From IMG/VR virus record IMGVR_UViG_3300025276_000031, positions 6,257 through 70,256 of that record: DNA of 64,000 nt, one strand, 5' to 3'. This DNA comes from a virus. Position numbers and translations under genes: made by a program. Below the pieces are notes generated by a model. That model did not search any database. It worked only from the letters and a program-made list of their open reading frames with translations, and was not told the origin of the DNA. Of the stretch, positions 47,378-56,634 are shown piece by piece. The first letter of the stretch is position 1; every line of letters begins with the position of its first letter.

Positions 47378-48022
47378 ATGGCTTATCCTACAGTTGACGC
47401 CCCCTACGGGCTGAAGCCGGTAAATCTGATCGGAGGTCTTCCCTTTGCAGGGGCGACTCGACAAATGCCGATTGCTAGCGGGTATAACACATCTATCTTT
47501 AATGGTGATGTAGTCCAACTCGCGGCAGGTGGCACTGTCATCATCTCCACTATGGCAGGACAAGCAGCAAACGCTGTTGTTCCCGGCGTAATGGGGGTAT
47601 TTTTGGGCTGTCGGTACACAGACCCAACTTTGGGTTATGAATTGTACAGTCAACACTATCCAGCAAACACAGTAGCGACTGACATTGTTGCGTACATCAG
47701 TGATGACCCTAACGCACTTTACAAGATTGTAAGTGTAACAGCTGCTACCGCAGACAACGCTGCTGGCGGGTTGCTTCCAGCGTTTAAAACACGCGCAGTT
47801 GCAGGCCCACCCAAGAACGCAGTGCTCGTACTAAATACGGGTGTACTTGCTACGGGTAATAGCCGCATGGGTTGTTTTGCAAACAGCGTCACTACCTCGC
47901 TTCCGCTAACTGTCGTAGATGTAGTTCCTGAAACTGCAAATGCTGCGGGTACGGGCTTCATTGAACTTATCGTTAAGTTCAACGTTGGGTATCATCGCTA
48001 TAACGGCCAAATCGGCGTATAA
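47378..48022 (+). CDS. Capsid decoration/cement protein
   Basis: PYGLKPV, IF.GD.V, GVF.GC.Y, DDP motifs; immediately before the MCP. Confidence 0.65.
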   Translation: MAYPTVDAPYGLKPVNLIGGLPFAGATRQMPIASGYNTSIFNGDVVQLAAGGTVIISTMAGQAANAVVPGVMGVFLGCRYTDPTLGYELYSQHYPANTVATDIVAYISDDPNALYKIVSVTAATADNAAGGLLPAFKTRAVAGPPKNAVLVLNTGVLATGNSRMGCFANSVTTSLPLTVVDVVPETANAAGTGFIELIVKFNVGYHRYNGQIGV

Positions 48023-48035
48023 GGGAGAATAACCA

Positions 48036-48941
48036 ATGGCTATTTCACGCGCACAGTTACTTAAAGAACTGCTTCCCGGCCTAAACGCCTTGTTTGGTCT
48101 GGAATACGCAAAGTACGGTGAAGAACACACCGAAATCTTTGAAACCGAAACTTCAGATCGTTCCTTCGAGGAAGAACTGAAATTGAGCGGATTTTCTGCT
48201 GCACCTGTTAAAGACGAAGGCTCTGCCATCGAATATGACAATGCACAGGAAGCATGGACTGCTCGCTATACACACGAAACAGTGGCAATGGGTTTCTCAA
48301 TCACTGAGGAAGCTATTGAGGATAACCTGTATGATTCTTTGTCATCGCGTTATACTAAAGCACTGGCTCGCGCTATGGCGTACACCAAACAGGTTAAAGC
48401 TGCCAACATCCTCAATACTGGATTTGCTGGCCCAACCTACGGTGATGGTCAGACGCTCATGTCTACCGCGCACCCACTGATTTCTGGTGGCGTAAACTCA
48501 AACCGTCCTGCAGTTGCAGCTGACCTTAATGAAACTTCCTTGGAAGCGGCTATTATTCAGATTGCAGCTTGGACCGATGAGCGCGGTTTGTTGATTGCAG
48601 CACAGCCTAAGAAACTTGTAATTCCACCAGCACTGCAATTTGTTGCAACACGCCTGATGGAAACCGAGGGTCGTGTAGGTACTGCAGACAACGATATCAA
48701 CGCACTACGCGCTAACGGCTCAATTCCCGGCGGTTATGCTGTCAACCATTACCTGACAGATGTAAACGCATGGTTTATGATGACTGATGTACCCAACGGT
48801 CTGAAGCACTTTACACGGGCAGCTATGGCTACCTCTATGGATGGTGACTTCGACACAGGTAACAGTCGTTATAAGGCCCGTGAGCGGTATTCGTTCGGTG
48901 TGTCTGATCCGCTGGGTATCTACGGTTCACCCGGAGCGTAA
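48036..48941 (+). CDS. Major capsid protein
   Basis: 301 aa; EG..I.YD, ITEEAIEDNLY, DGQ.L.S.AHP, RERYSFG; strong RBS; followed by a terminator. Confidence 0.9.
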   Translation: MAISRAQLLKELLPGLNALFGLEYAKYGEEHTEIFETETSDRSFEEELKLSGFSAAPVKDEGSAIEYDNAQEAWTARYTHETVAMGFSITEEAIEDNLYDSLSSRYTKALARAMAYTKQVKAANILNTGFAGPTYGDGQTLMSTAHPLISGGVNSNRPAVAADLNETSLEAAIIQIAAWTDERGLLIAAQPKKLVIPPALQFVATRLMETEGRVGTADNDINALRANGSIPGGYAVNHYLTDVNAWFMMTDVPNGLKHFTRAAMATSMDGDFDTGNSRYKARERYSFGVSDPLGIYGSPGA

Positions 48942-48966
48942 AACACGTTACTATTACGTTAAAGTA

Positions 48967-48995
48967 GGGGCAGCTTCGGTTGCCCCTTTCTTTTT
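48967..48995 (+). terminator. Terminator after the MCP
   Basis: GGGGCAGC-TTCG-GTTGCCCC-TTTCTTTTT. Confidence 0.9.
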
Positions 48996-49070
48996 GTTTA
49001 ATATAGTGTATTATACACACATCCCTGACAGGCGTACATGCGCCTGACATAACCCAGACAGGAGACTAAC

Positions 49071-49562
49071 ATGGGTACGACTACATTTTCAGGACCGATT
49101 CGGTCAGGCACAATCCGCACAACTAATGGCATTATTGTAGGCACCGACATTGCTAATGTTGGACAAGTTGTCTTGCATCAACGTGCAGCCATTACACAAG
49201 CGGCTACAATCGCCGCAAACACCCCAGCTACAACCATTGTAATTCCCGGTAATAGCTTAATCATAGCTATAAAGTTATACGTTGTAACTGCTTGGAATGG
49301 CGCTGCTTCTACAGGCGGTATTGGTTACGATGATGGTGCTACTGTAAACGCAACAGCCTTGACTGCTGCTGCAGGCGCAGCAGGTGGTACTATAGGTGTT
49401 ATCAGCATTGGAAGTGGCGCAGATGCTACGCGAGTAGCTAATTGGCTCAATATTGCTGCTGGCGACAAACGTATTAATTTCCTAAGTGCCAATACTGGCG
49501 CAGGTGTAGGTGTTCTTGAAGTTGAATACGTACAAGCCGCCAACATTGCAGTACAACCGTAA
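49071..49562 (+). CDS. Virion structural protein
   Basis: Begins M.TTTFSGP; beta-rich; CAGGAG RBS. Confidence 0.7.
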   Translation: MGTTTFSGPIRSGTIRTTNGIIVGTDIANVGQVVLHQRAAITQAATIAANTPATTIVIPGNSLIIAIKLYVVTAWNGAASTGGIGYDDGATVNATALTAAAGAAGGTIGVISIGSGADATRVANWLNIAAGDKRINFLSANTGAGVGVLEVEYVQAANIAVQP

Positions 49563-49574
49563 AGGAATAGCTAA

Positions 49575-49859
49575 ATGGCTGCTAATTCAGTACGAGCATT
49601 TAACTTTGCTACAGGCGATACTGCCGCCCTTGTTGGGCCTAGTCGTACGCGTATCTTGGGAGTGTTAGTTAACGCTGCCGCCGCTTGTGCGTTTACACTA
49701 CGTAACGGTACTGCCGCAGGTGAGGTGCTTTTGGACCTTACACTGCCCACAGGTTGGAACGATGTATATATTCCTGCAGACGGCATACTAGCAACTAACG
49801 GTTGCTTTGTGTCGGCGCTTACAGGAACAGGAAACAAAATAACCCTAATATTGGAGTAA
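49575..49859 (+). CDS. Small virion structural protein
   Basis: 94 aa, beta-rich; IP..GI...NG motif. Confidence 0.65.
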   Translation: MAANSVRAFNFATGDTAALVGPSRTRILGVLVNAAAACAFTLRNGTAAGEVLLDLTLPTGWNDVYIPADGILATNGCFVSALTGTGNKITLILE

Positions 49860-49863
49860 TTTT

Positions 49864-50172
49864 GTGCGATCATACTTTAAAAAAGGTGGGGGAGTAAAAT
49901 CCCCCGCTTGGACACGTAAGGCAGGCAAGAGTGAGTCCGGTGGACTCAATGCAAAAGGCGTTGCCAGTTATAGAAAGGCCAATCCCGGCAGTAAGTTAAA
50001 AACTGCGGTTACTACCAAACCCAGTAAACTTAAAAAAGGGTCTAAGGCTGCAAATCGGCGTAAGTCGTTCTGTGCCCGTATGAAGGGTATGAAAAAAAGT
50101 AACACAAGTTCTAAGACGGCTAACGATCCCGACAGCCGCATTAACAAGAGCTTGCGGAAATGGAATTGTTAA
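49864..50172 (+). CDS. Small basic protein (DUF6321-like)
   Basis: GGLN.KG..SY...NPGS.LK, RRKSFCARM, LRKWNC. Confidence 0.7.
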   Translation: MRSYFKKGGGVKSPAWTRKAGKSESGGLNAKGVASYRKANPGSKLKTAVTTKPSKLKKGSKAANRRKSFCARMKGMKKSNTSSKTANDPDSRINKSLRKWNC

Positions 50173-50173
50173 C

Positions 50174-50845
50174 ATGCCATACCTGACCAGCAGCATACCA
50201 TACTTTAAAGCGTGGGTACGTAGGGAATACACTAAGAATCTTGAAGATTATCACGGCGAGTTTCTACATGCTATGGTCATAGGTGTTACTACAATGCCCA
50301 ACCGCACTCTTAGCTTCCAAGTAATGTTTACAGGGTGTGAGTCAGACGATACCGAGGACGAGAATGTACATGGCGGGGCAATGTGGGCTAGGATGCCCCT
50401 GACGGCTCTTGTAGCGGATGTACCGCTTGAGGAATGGCCTACGGTTTTACCACCGTATCTTGCACAGCCTTGGGATTGCATGTCTCACTATCACTCGGTG
50501 TATAAACTAGAACGAGCTTCTCCCGCACCATGGATAGCCAAAGTAGATGGTGAGTTTTATCCTGCTAAATATTTGTTTACTGTAGACTACACAGATAGCG
50601 AAGTAGCTGACGATCCTGCACAGCATAAGCAAAGTCACGTACTTGAGTTGTTAGATGCAGGCGAATATACAGGCAATATAGTGGCACTACCAAACAATCG
50701 GGTACGCGTGACGCACCCTGCGTGGTTTGAAACAGGGGAAGGCGCTCCAGACTTTAAACCAAATCAACATATATATGGTTCAAAAGAAGACGTAGAATAC
50801 GTCTGGGACACAGAGCGCGTGTTCAACAACTTGTACAAGGAATAA
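50174..50845 (+). CDS. Conserved phage hypothetical protein
   Basis: 223 aa; GAMWARMP, QPWDC, Y.FTVD, HKQSHV, PNNR. Confidence 0.75.
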   Translation: MPYLTSSIPYFKAWVRREYTKNLEDYHGEFLHAMVIGVTTMPNRTLSFQVMFTGCESDDTEDENVHGGAMWARMPLTALVADVPLEEWPTVLPPYLAQPWDCMSHYHSVYKLERASPAPWIAKVDGEFYPAKYLFTVDYTDSEVADDPAQHKQSHVLELLDAGEYTGNIVALPNNRVRVTHPAWFETGEGAPDFKPNQHIYGSKEDVEYVWDTERVFNNLYKE

Positions 50846-50849
50846 AACC

Positions 50850-51263
50850 ATGAAGATGAAGAAAAAAGGTTACTCTATGGGTGGCATGAAGAAAAAAGGT
50901 TACGCTAAAGGCAAGAAAGTTACGCAGGACGGTATTGACTCTGCTGCTAGAGCCGAGGCTGGGAGTGTTATGGAAGGTCAACGTATCTCTCCAGAAATGC
51001 CCGGGGTAGCAACGTCGTTGCGTCCAAAGATGCGGCCTAAGTCAGTAGAACAAAAGGCAAAGATGCGTAAAGTAAAACCAAAAATGCGCCCTGAAGGTAT
51101 GAAAGCCGGTGGCATGACTAAAAAAATGAAAGCTGGCGGCGGTGTTATGACTAAAAAAATGAAAGCTGGCGGCGGTGTTATGAAGAAAAAAGGTTATGCC
51201 AACGGTGGTAAAGTGCGCGGTTACGGTATGGCTCGTGGCGGCAAACCTGCCAAAATGGTCTGA
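50850..51263 (+). CDS. Lys/Met/Gly-rich basic protein with repeated KK.[YM]xxGG
   Basis: 137 aa; contains a perfect 33-bp tandem duplication at 51114-51179. Confidence 0.7.
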   Translation: MKMKKKGYSMGGMKKKGYAKGKKVTQDGIDSAARAEAGSVMEGQRISPEMPGVATSLRPKMRPKSVEQKAKMRKVKPKMRPEGMKAGGMTKKMKAGGGVMTKKMKAGGGVMKKKGYANGGKVRGYGMARGGKPAKMV

Positions 51264-51436
51264 TGCGAAAATACTACAAATCCAGTGGGTCTTCTTGTAA
51301 TACTAAAGGTTATAAGGAAGGCGGTACAGTCAAGGACGCTTGCTACAAAAAGGTAAAGGCTTCGTACAAAGTCTTTCCTAGCGCGTATGCAAGTGGCGCA
51401 ATTGCGAAGTGTAGAAAGAAAAGGGGCGGCAAGTAA
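51263..51436 (+). CDS. Small basic protein (57 aa, ...KDACYKKVKASYKVFPSAYASGAIAKCRKK...)
   Basis: Translated by hand; TGATG and TAATG coupling on the two sides. Confidence 0.7.
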   Translation: MRKYYKSSGSSCNTKGYKEGGTVKDACYKKVKASYKVFPSAYASGAIAKCRKKRGGK

Positions 51437-51714
51437 TGGCTGTTCGTAAAACAGCAAAGGGTGCTGCCCTAAAACGCTGGTTTAAAGAGGATTGGAAAGA
51501 TGTCCGCACAGGCAAAGAGTGTGGTCGGCAGGAAGGCGAGAAACGCGGTACACCGTACTGTAGACCGTCTAAGCGCGTATCTAGCAAGACTCCTAAAACT
51601 AGCAGCGAGATGACTAAGGCTGAGAAAAGTAAACGTATAGCGCAGAAAAAACGTTTAGGACAACCTGCGGGAAAACCTAAACGTGTAGCTCCTGCAAAAA
51701 GGCGTAAGAAATGA
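51436..51714 (+). CDS. Small basic protein (DUF5872-like)
   Basis: LKRWFKEDW.D...CGR...YCRP.KRVSSKTPKT. Confidence 0.7.
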   Translation: MAVRKTAKGAALKRWFKEDWKDVRTGKECGRQEGEKRGTPYCRPSKRVSSKTPKTSSEMTKAEKSKRIAQKKRLGQPAGKPKRVAPAKRRKK

Positions 51715-52403
51715 CAACATCAGGCACCGCAACGTTCAATATGGACTTCACGGAAATTGCTGAAGAGGCATGGGAACGTGCGGGGCGTGAGCTTCGCAGT
51801 GGCTATGATTTACGTACAGCGCGACGATCCATGAATCTTATGACGATTGAGTGGCAGAACCGTGGCATAAATATGTGGACTATTGATAATCCAACATCCA
51901 TTAATCTAGTACAGGGTCAGTCGGAGTACACGTTACCAGCAGATACCATTGATTTGCTTGAACAACAAATACGTACTAACGCTGCTAATACCAGCACACA
52001 ATCGGACCTTACCATAAACCGCATAAGTGTATCCACGTACTCGGCTATTCCTAACAAGTTAACACAAGGCCGACCTATACAGATATATGTGCAACGGTTG
52101 CAGCCTGCCCCCAAAGTGCTTGTGTGGCCTGTTCCTGACAATAACAACTATCAACTTAATTACTGGCGTATGCGTCGAATTGAAGACGCAGGTAGCGGCA
52201 TACAAACAGCAGACATAAGTTTTAGATTTTTACCGTGCCTCGTCTCGGGACTAGCTTATCATATTGCAATGAAAGTTCCCGAACTTGTAGACCGCGTACA
52301 GATGTTAAAAGCTGTGTACGACGAACAGTTTGAAATGGCTGCTAGTGAAGATAGAGAAAAAACACCTGCACGGTTCGTACCTAGAATAGCAGGTATACAC
52401 TAA
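51711..52403 (+). CDS. Head-tail adaptor protein
   Basis: ARRSMNLM..EW.NRG.N.W, GRP.Q, WPVPD, GLAY. Confidence 0.7.
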   Translation: MTTSGTATFNMDFTEIAEEAWERAGRELRSGYDLRTARRSMNLMTIEWQNRGINMWTIDNPTSINLVQGQSEYTLPADTIDLLEQQIRTNAANTSTQSDLTINRISVSTYSAIPNKLTQGRPIQIYVQRLQPAPKVLVWPVPDNNNYQLNYWRMRRIEDAGSGIQTADISFRFLPCLVSGLAYHIAMKVPELVDRVQMLKAVYDEQFEMAASEDREKTPARFVPRIAGIH

Positions 52404-52750
52404 TGGGTAATAGGTTTGCAGCTGGAAAACGTGCCATCGGAATGTGCGATGTGTGTGGATTTCAGTATAAATTGCATAAACTAAAAGACCTGTTTGTAAA
52501 AGGTACAAACTCGCATGTCAAAGCCTGCCCAACTTGTTGGAACCCTAGTCATCCACAATTACGATTAGGAGAGTTGCCAATAAACGATCCCGAGGCACTA
52601 CGTAACCCCCGCCCAGATCAAGGTTTAACATCAAGCAGAAACTTTCAAGGTGGTTGGAACCCTGTAGGATTAGCCGATCCTTTTAATCTAATGCCAAATA
52701 GGTTAGTTGGTAGTGGATCAATAGGAACAGTAACAGTAGTAACAAACTAG
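52403..52750 (+). CDS. Zinc-binding hypothetical protein
   Basis: CDVCG...CPTCW...HPQL...DP.ALRNPRPD. Confidence 0.7.
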   Translation: MGNRFAAGKRAIGMCDVCGFQYKLHKLKDLFVKGTNSHVKACPTCWNPSHPQLRLGELPINDPEALRNPRPDQGLTSSRNFQGGWNPVGLADPFNLMPNRLVGSGSIGTVTVVTN

Positions 52751-52760
52751 GAGCACGTTT

Positions 52761-52943
52761 ATGGCTAAAAAATTAAACAAAGGACTAACAGAATTAAAGA
52801 AAGAACGCCCTGCTGTTGTTAGAGCTATGGGCTATCAAAAAGGTGGTATGGCTAAAAAAGGTTATGCTAGTGGTGGTAAAGTAAAAGTTCGCGGTACTGG
52901 TGCAGCAACGCAAGGTATCTACGCAAGAGGGCCGATGGGGTAA
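52761..52943 (+). CDS. Small basic protein with YxxGG motifs
   Basis: AGGAG RBS; YQKGG, YASGG, RGTGAA. Confidence 0.65.
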   Translation: MAKKLNKGLTELKKERPAVVRAMGYQKGGMAKKGYASGGKVKVRGTGAATQGIYARGPMG

Positions 52944-52946
52944 ATT

Positions 52947-53576
52947 ATGAATTATACTGCGTTAACAACTAATATACAGGATATCTGCGAAACTACTTTC
53001 ACTGCGGATGTGTTAGCTATGTTTACGCAGCAATCCGAACAGAAAATATACAACTCGGTGCAGATTCCTGCACTGCGTAAAAACGTTGTAGGCACTATAT
53101 CTGGCAGTAATAAATACCTTACTGCACCTTCAGATTTTATATGGGCTTATTCTTTAGCGGTTATAAGCGCAGGAGATGTGTATACGTATCTAATTAATAA
53201 AGATGTTAACTTTATGCGTGAAGCGTATCCTAACCCTAGTGACAAAGGTGTTCCAAAACATTATGCGTATTTTGATGACGATACGTTTATTCTCGGACCA
53301 ACCCCGGAAACAAGTTACAGTACAGAACTGCATTACGGGTACTATCCAGAATCTATAGTTACCGCTGGGACTACATGGTTAGGCGAAAACTTTGATTCTG
53401 CGCTGTTAAACGGTGCTTTAATAGAAGCAATACGTTTTATGAAGGGGGAACCCGATGTAGTTGCAATGTATGAATCATTGTATGCACAGTCGATAACCTT
53501 GTTAAAAAACCTTGGAGATGGTAAGCTGCGTGAAGACGCGTATCGTTCTGGGCAAGTTCGTACCACAGTAAGCTAG
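52947..53576 (+). CDS. Second adaptor / tail tubular protein A-like
   Basis: MNY..L...IQ, G.PK.YA, GPTP, TWL, LL.G.L.EA. Confidence 0.7.
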   Translation: MNYTALTTNIQDICETTFTADVLAMFTQQSEQKIYNSVQIPALRKNVVGTISGSNKYLTAPSDFIWAYSLAVISAGDVYTYLINKDVNFMREAYPNPSDKGVPKHYAYFDDDTFILGPTPETSYSTELHYGYYPESIVTAGTTWLGENFDSALLNGALIEAIRFMKGEPDVVAMYESLYAQSITLLKNLGDGKLREDAYRSGQVRTTVS

Positions 53577-53586
53577 GAGATAAGAA

Positions 53587-54051
53587 ATGGCTTTCACAGG
53601 AAACTTTATGTGTACTTCGTTTAAGAAGGCACTACTCGACGGTGAGATGGACTTTAGTGCCAACACCAACGATACGTTTAAAATTGCACTATACACAAAC
53701 TCTGCCTCGTTAACAGCAGCTACCAATGGCTATGCAAATAGTACCGGAGGAGAAGTGGCTAATGGAAACGGTTATGATACAGCGGGTAAAACACTATCAA
53801 TCAGTCAAGTACCTACATCTACGGGTACGGGTACAACTGTGTTTCTTAGTTTTGGCACGATCAACTGGACCTCTTCGACCATTACCGCACGAGGTGCTTT
53901 GATTTACCGTTCTAGTGGAGCAAATACCAACACTGCAGTTGCAGTATTAGATTTCTTGGCTGATAAATCCTCCTCGAATGGTACGTTTGAAGTTCAGTTC
54001 CCAACTAACAACGCGACAAGTGCTATCATCCGTATTGAAACACCTTCGTAA
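53587..54051 (+). CDS. Virion structural protein
   Basis: SFK..LL, FKIALYT, GY..GG-like, ARGALIY, VLDF. Confidence 0.7.
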   Translation: MAFTGNFMCTSFKKALLDGEMDFSANTNDTFKIALYTNSASLTAATNGYANSTGGEVANGNGYDTAGKTLSISQVPTSTGTGTTVFLSFGTINWTSSTITARGALIYRSSGANTNTAVAVLDFLADKSSSNGTFEVQFPTNNATSAIIRIETPS

Positions 54052-54070
54052 ACTTTAAAGGACATCTGCA

Positions 54071-54526
54071 ATGGCTTTTAAACTAGCAAATAGAGTTAAC
54101 GTACTAACGTCCACTACAGGCACGGGTTCGATAGCTTTAGGTTCTGCGGTAGCAGGATTTCAAACGTTTTCGGCAGCGGGTGTAGCTAATGGTGATACCG
54201 TACGGTACACTATAGAAGATGGCGTTAATTTTGAAATAGGTGTGGGAACGCTTAGTAATTCTGTGGGCACAATGGCGCGCAGTGTTAGTGAAAGTTCCAA
54301 TAGTGATAACGCCATAACCCTATCTGGCAATGCTACAGTGTTTTTAACGGCCACGTCTATAGACATACAGACAGGGGTTAATATTACTGGTGGAGCCGTA
54401 ACGGGTATAACAGACTTGACTGTAGCTGATGGTGGCACCGGAGCATCAACTATTAGTGCGGCTCAAACAAATTTACAAGTAGACCCTGCTGGCACTGCGG
54501 CGGCTCTAGCAATAGCATTGGGGTGA
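54071..54526 (+). CDS. Short tail-fibre-like protein
   Basis: RV...TTGTG, E.G.G, L.VADGGTGA, C-terminal AIALG. Confidence 0.65.
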   Translation: MAFKLANRVNVLTSTTGTGSIALGSAVAGFQTFSAAGVANGDTVRYTIEDGVNFEIGVGTLSNSVGTMARSVSESSNSDNAITLSGNATVFLTATSIDIQTGVNITGGAVTGITDLTVADGGTGASTISAAQTNLQVDPAGTAAALAIALG

Positions 54527-54532
54527 TATATC

Positions 54533-54859
54533 ATGGCTAATATATTCAAAAGTTACATGGTTAGACAAGCTGGAGTAAGTGAAGCTCTTGTCGTTACTGT
54601 AGCTGCAAATACGCAGACAGTTGCGGTTGGAGTAAACCTTGCAAATCTTCTGACCACACAGATCACCGCAAGCGTTTATATTGAACGTGGTGGATCAAAT
54701 GTAGATTACTACATTGTAAAAGACGCGCCCATACCTGCACAGAGTGCGTTGTCTGTGTTAGACGGTAAAATCATTTTAATGGCAGCAGACAAATTGTATG
54801 TTAAATCTAGCGTAAATACGAGTCTAGACGCTATACTGTCTGTGCTTGAAATTACTTAA
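54533..54859 (+). CDS. Small tail structural protein
   Basis: 108 aa; similar to 2702-3022. Confidence 0.7.
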   Translation: MANIFKSYMVRQAGVSEALVVTVAANTQTVAVGVNLANLLTTQITASVYIERGGSNVDYYIVKDAPIPAQSALSVLDGKIILMAADKLYVKSSVNTSLDAILSVLEIT

Positions 54860-54873
54860 ACTGGAGAAACCTA

Positions 54874-56631
54874 ATGGCTGGATATATTGGCGCTAAATCT
54901 TCAGGAATTATCTCAGGTATTGATGCTTCTATTGCTGAACTTAACCTAACAGATAAAGCAGCGGCTAACGGTGTAACCGAAGCGAATAAAGTTCTCACGG
55001 CAGATGCTAACAAAGACGTTACAGCCATCCGCAATCTTGCTGCTACTGGGGCTGTAGCTGCTGGCGGGGTTATAACTGCTGGCGGGGCTATAACTGCTAC
55101 GGGAGCATCGGTAGGCGCACTTGCTAGAGGTGCCATACAAACAGGTAATTCATCAAATGTAGCTGCACCTTTATCTAAAGGAGCAGCAGGTACTGTCCTA
55201 ACCGCTGGTGCTAACGATCTTAGCTGGGTAGCAGCATCAAGCGGTGGTGAACAAGAGTTTACGGCAACAGGTGCAATCACCGCTGGTAAACCTGTTGGCA
55301 TTAATTCGAACGGTACTATTAGCACAGCGGTTGTCATAAAATCGTCTGTTCAAAGACCTACATCATCAAACCTTACTTTTTATGGCGCGGGTTATAACCC
55401 CGCCCAAAATAAATATTTAATGGTTGGGAGACGGAGTACTGGTTCAGGAACTAGTGTTGCAGAGGCAATTGTCGTTACACTAAGCGGCACTACTTTTTCT
55501 TTTAATTCGTCACAGACTCAATTTGAAGGGTTTGAGCCATCCGCCCTTCCTTATAACGTTGTCTATGATGCTGGAAGCCAAAAGAATTTAGTTATTTGGA
55601 CGCGGCAAGATGGTCGAGCAAGGTCAAGGGTTGGGACTATTTCTGGCACCTCAGTGTCGTTTGGTTCAACAGCAACTGCTGCAAGTGGAACGGGCGGTAC
55701 TGAAAAAATCTTTGCAGTAAATGCGGGAAACACTAAAGTTGTTCATATTGCACGGCAAGAATTGAACGGCGATGGAGAACATCATTTGTATGCAACGGTG
55801 AATACTATTTCTGGCACATCCGTGTCAATGGGTTCACCCGTTGATATTTCTGGCGCGCGTACGAACTCAGGTGGGCTTATTGGTCAATACGGACTTTGCT
55901 ACGACAGCAATGCTGGTAAGGTTGTTGTTTTTTATGTGATTCAAGGAAATACAACTTTGTTCTGTAGAGTAGGAACGGTTAGTAACACTACAATCTCGTT
56001 TGGTACAGCAGTCGATACTGGGTATGATATGAGTGTTCTAAGGCCAAAACCTGTTTTTGACCCCTCTACTAATAAAGTGGTTTTAGTATTTGCTGACAGC
56101 GGTAACTTAAATAATTCTAAAGCACTTGTTGGAACAGTTAATGGCAACTCAATTTCGTTTGCTGCTAATCCCACAGAAATGGGAGCTATTGGTAATCCAA
56201 AGGCAGTATACAATTCAACTAACAGCACAATTGTCTTGGATTATGGTAGCTTAGAAGTTGTGAAGCAAACTGGGACAATTGTAGAGCGCGACAGGGTATT
56301 TACGTACACTGATGTGAACTCAACTCAGTCAACGTTAATTTACGATGATGATAACCAATCAATTGTACTTATGGCTGACCAGCTAGGTGATTCTATTGCG
56401 ATTAAAACAGCGTCTCCAAAGTTCGTTGGTCTGGCAAAAGCAAATATTGCAAACGGCGCGACAGGAAAAGTAACCGTAACAGGTGGTATCAACACAAGCC
56501 AATCAGGGTTAGTTTCTGGTTTTGACTATGGTCTTCCATCGGATTCTGCAACGCTAGTTAGCGGTTCGAACAATAAAATTGGCGTAGCGTTATCAGCATC
56601 AACCATATTAGTGACAGAGGGGTCAATATAA
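54874..56631 (+). CDS. Tail fibre / receptor-binding protein 1
   Basis: Begins MAGYIG; repeated VGT.SG.S.SFG blades. Confidence 0.75.
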   Translation: MAGYIGAKSSGIISGIDASIAELNLTDKAAANGVTEANKVLTADANKDVTAIRNLAATGAVAAGGVITAGGAITATGASVGALARGAIQTGNSSNVAAPLSKGAAGTVLTAGANDLSWVAASSGGEQEFTATGAITAGKPVGINSNGTISTAVVIKSSVQRPTSSNLTFYGAGYNPAQNKYLMVGRRSTGSGTSVAEAIVVTLSGTTFSFNSSQTQFEGFEPSALPYNVVYDAGSQKNLVIWTRQDGRARSRVGTISGTSVSFGSTATAASGTGGTEKIFAVNAGNTKVVHIARQELNGDGEHHLYATVNTISGTSVSMGSPVDISGARTNSGGLIGQYGLCYDSNAGKVVVFYVIQGNTTLFCRVGTVSNTTISFGTAVDTGYDMSVLRPKPVFDPSTNKVVLVFADSGNLNNSKALVGTVNGNSISFAANPTEMGAIGNPKAVYNSTNSTIVLDYGSLEVVKQTGTIVERDRVFTYTDVNSTQSTLIYDDDNQSIVLMADQLGDSIAIKTASPKFVGLAKANIANGATGKVTVTGGINTSQSGLVSGFDYGLPSDSATLVSGSNNKIGVALSASTILVTEGSI

Positions 56632-56634
56632 GAC

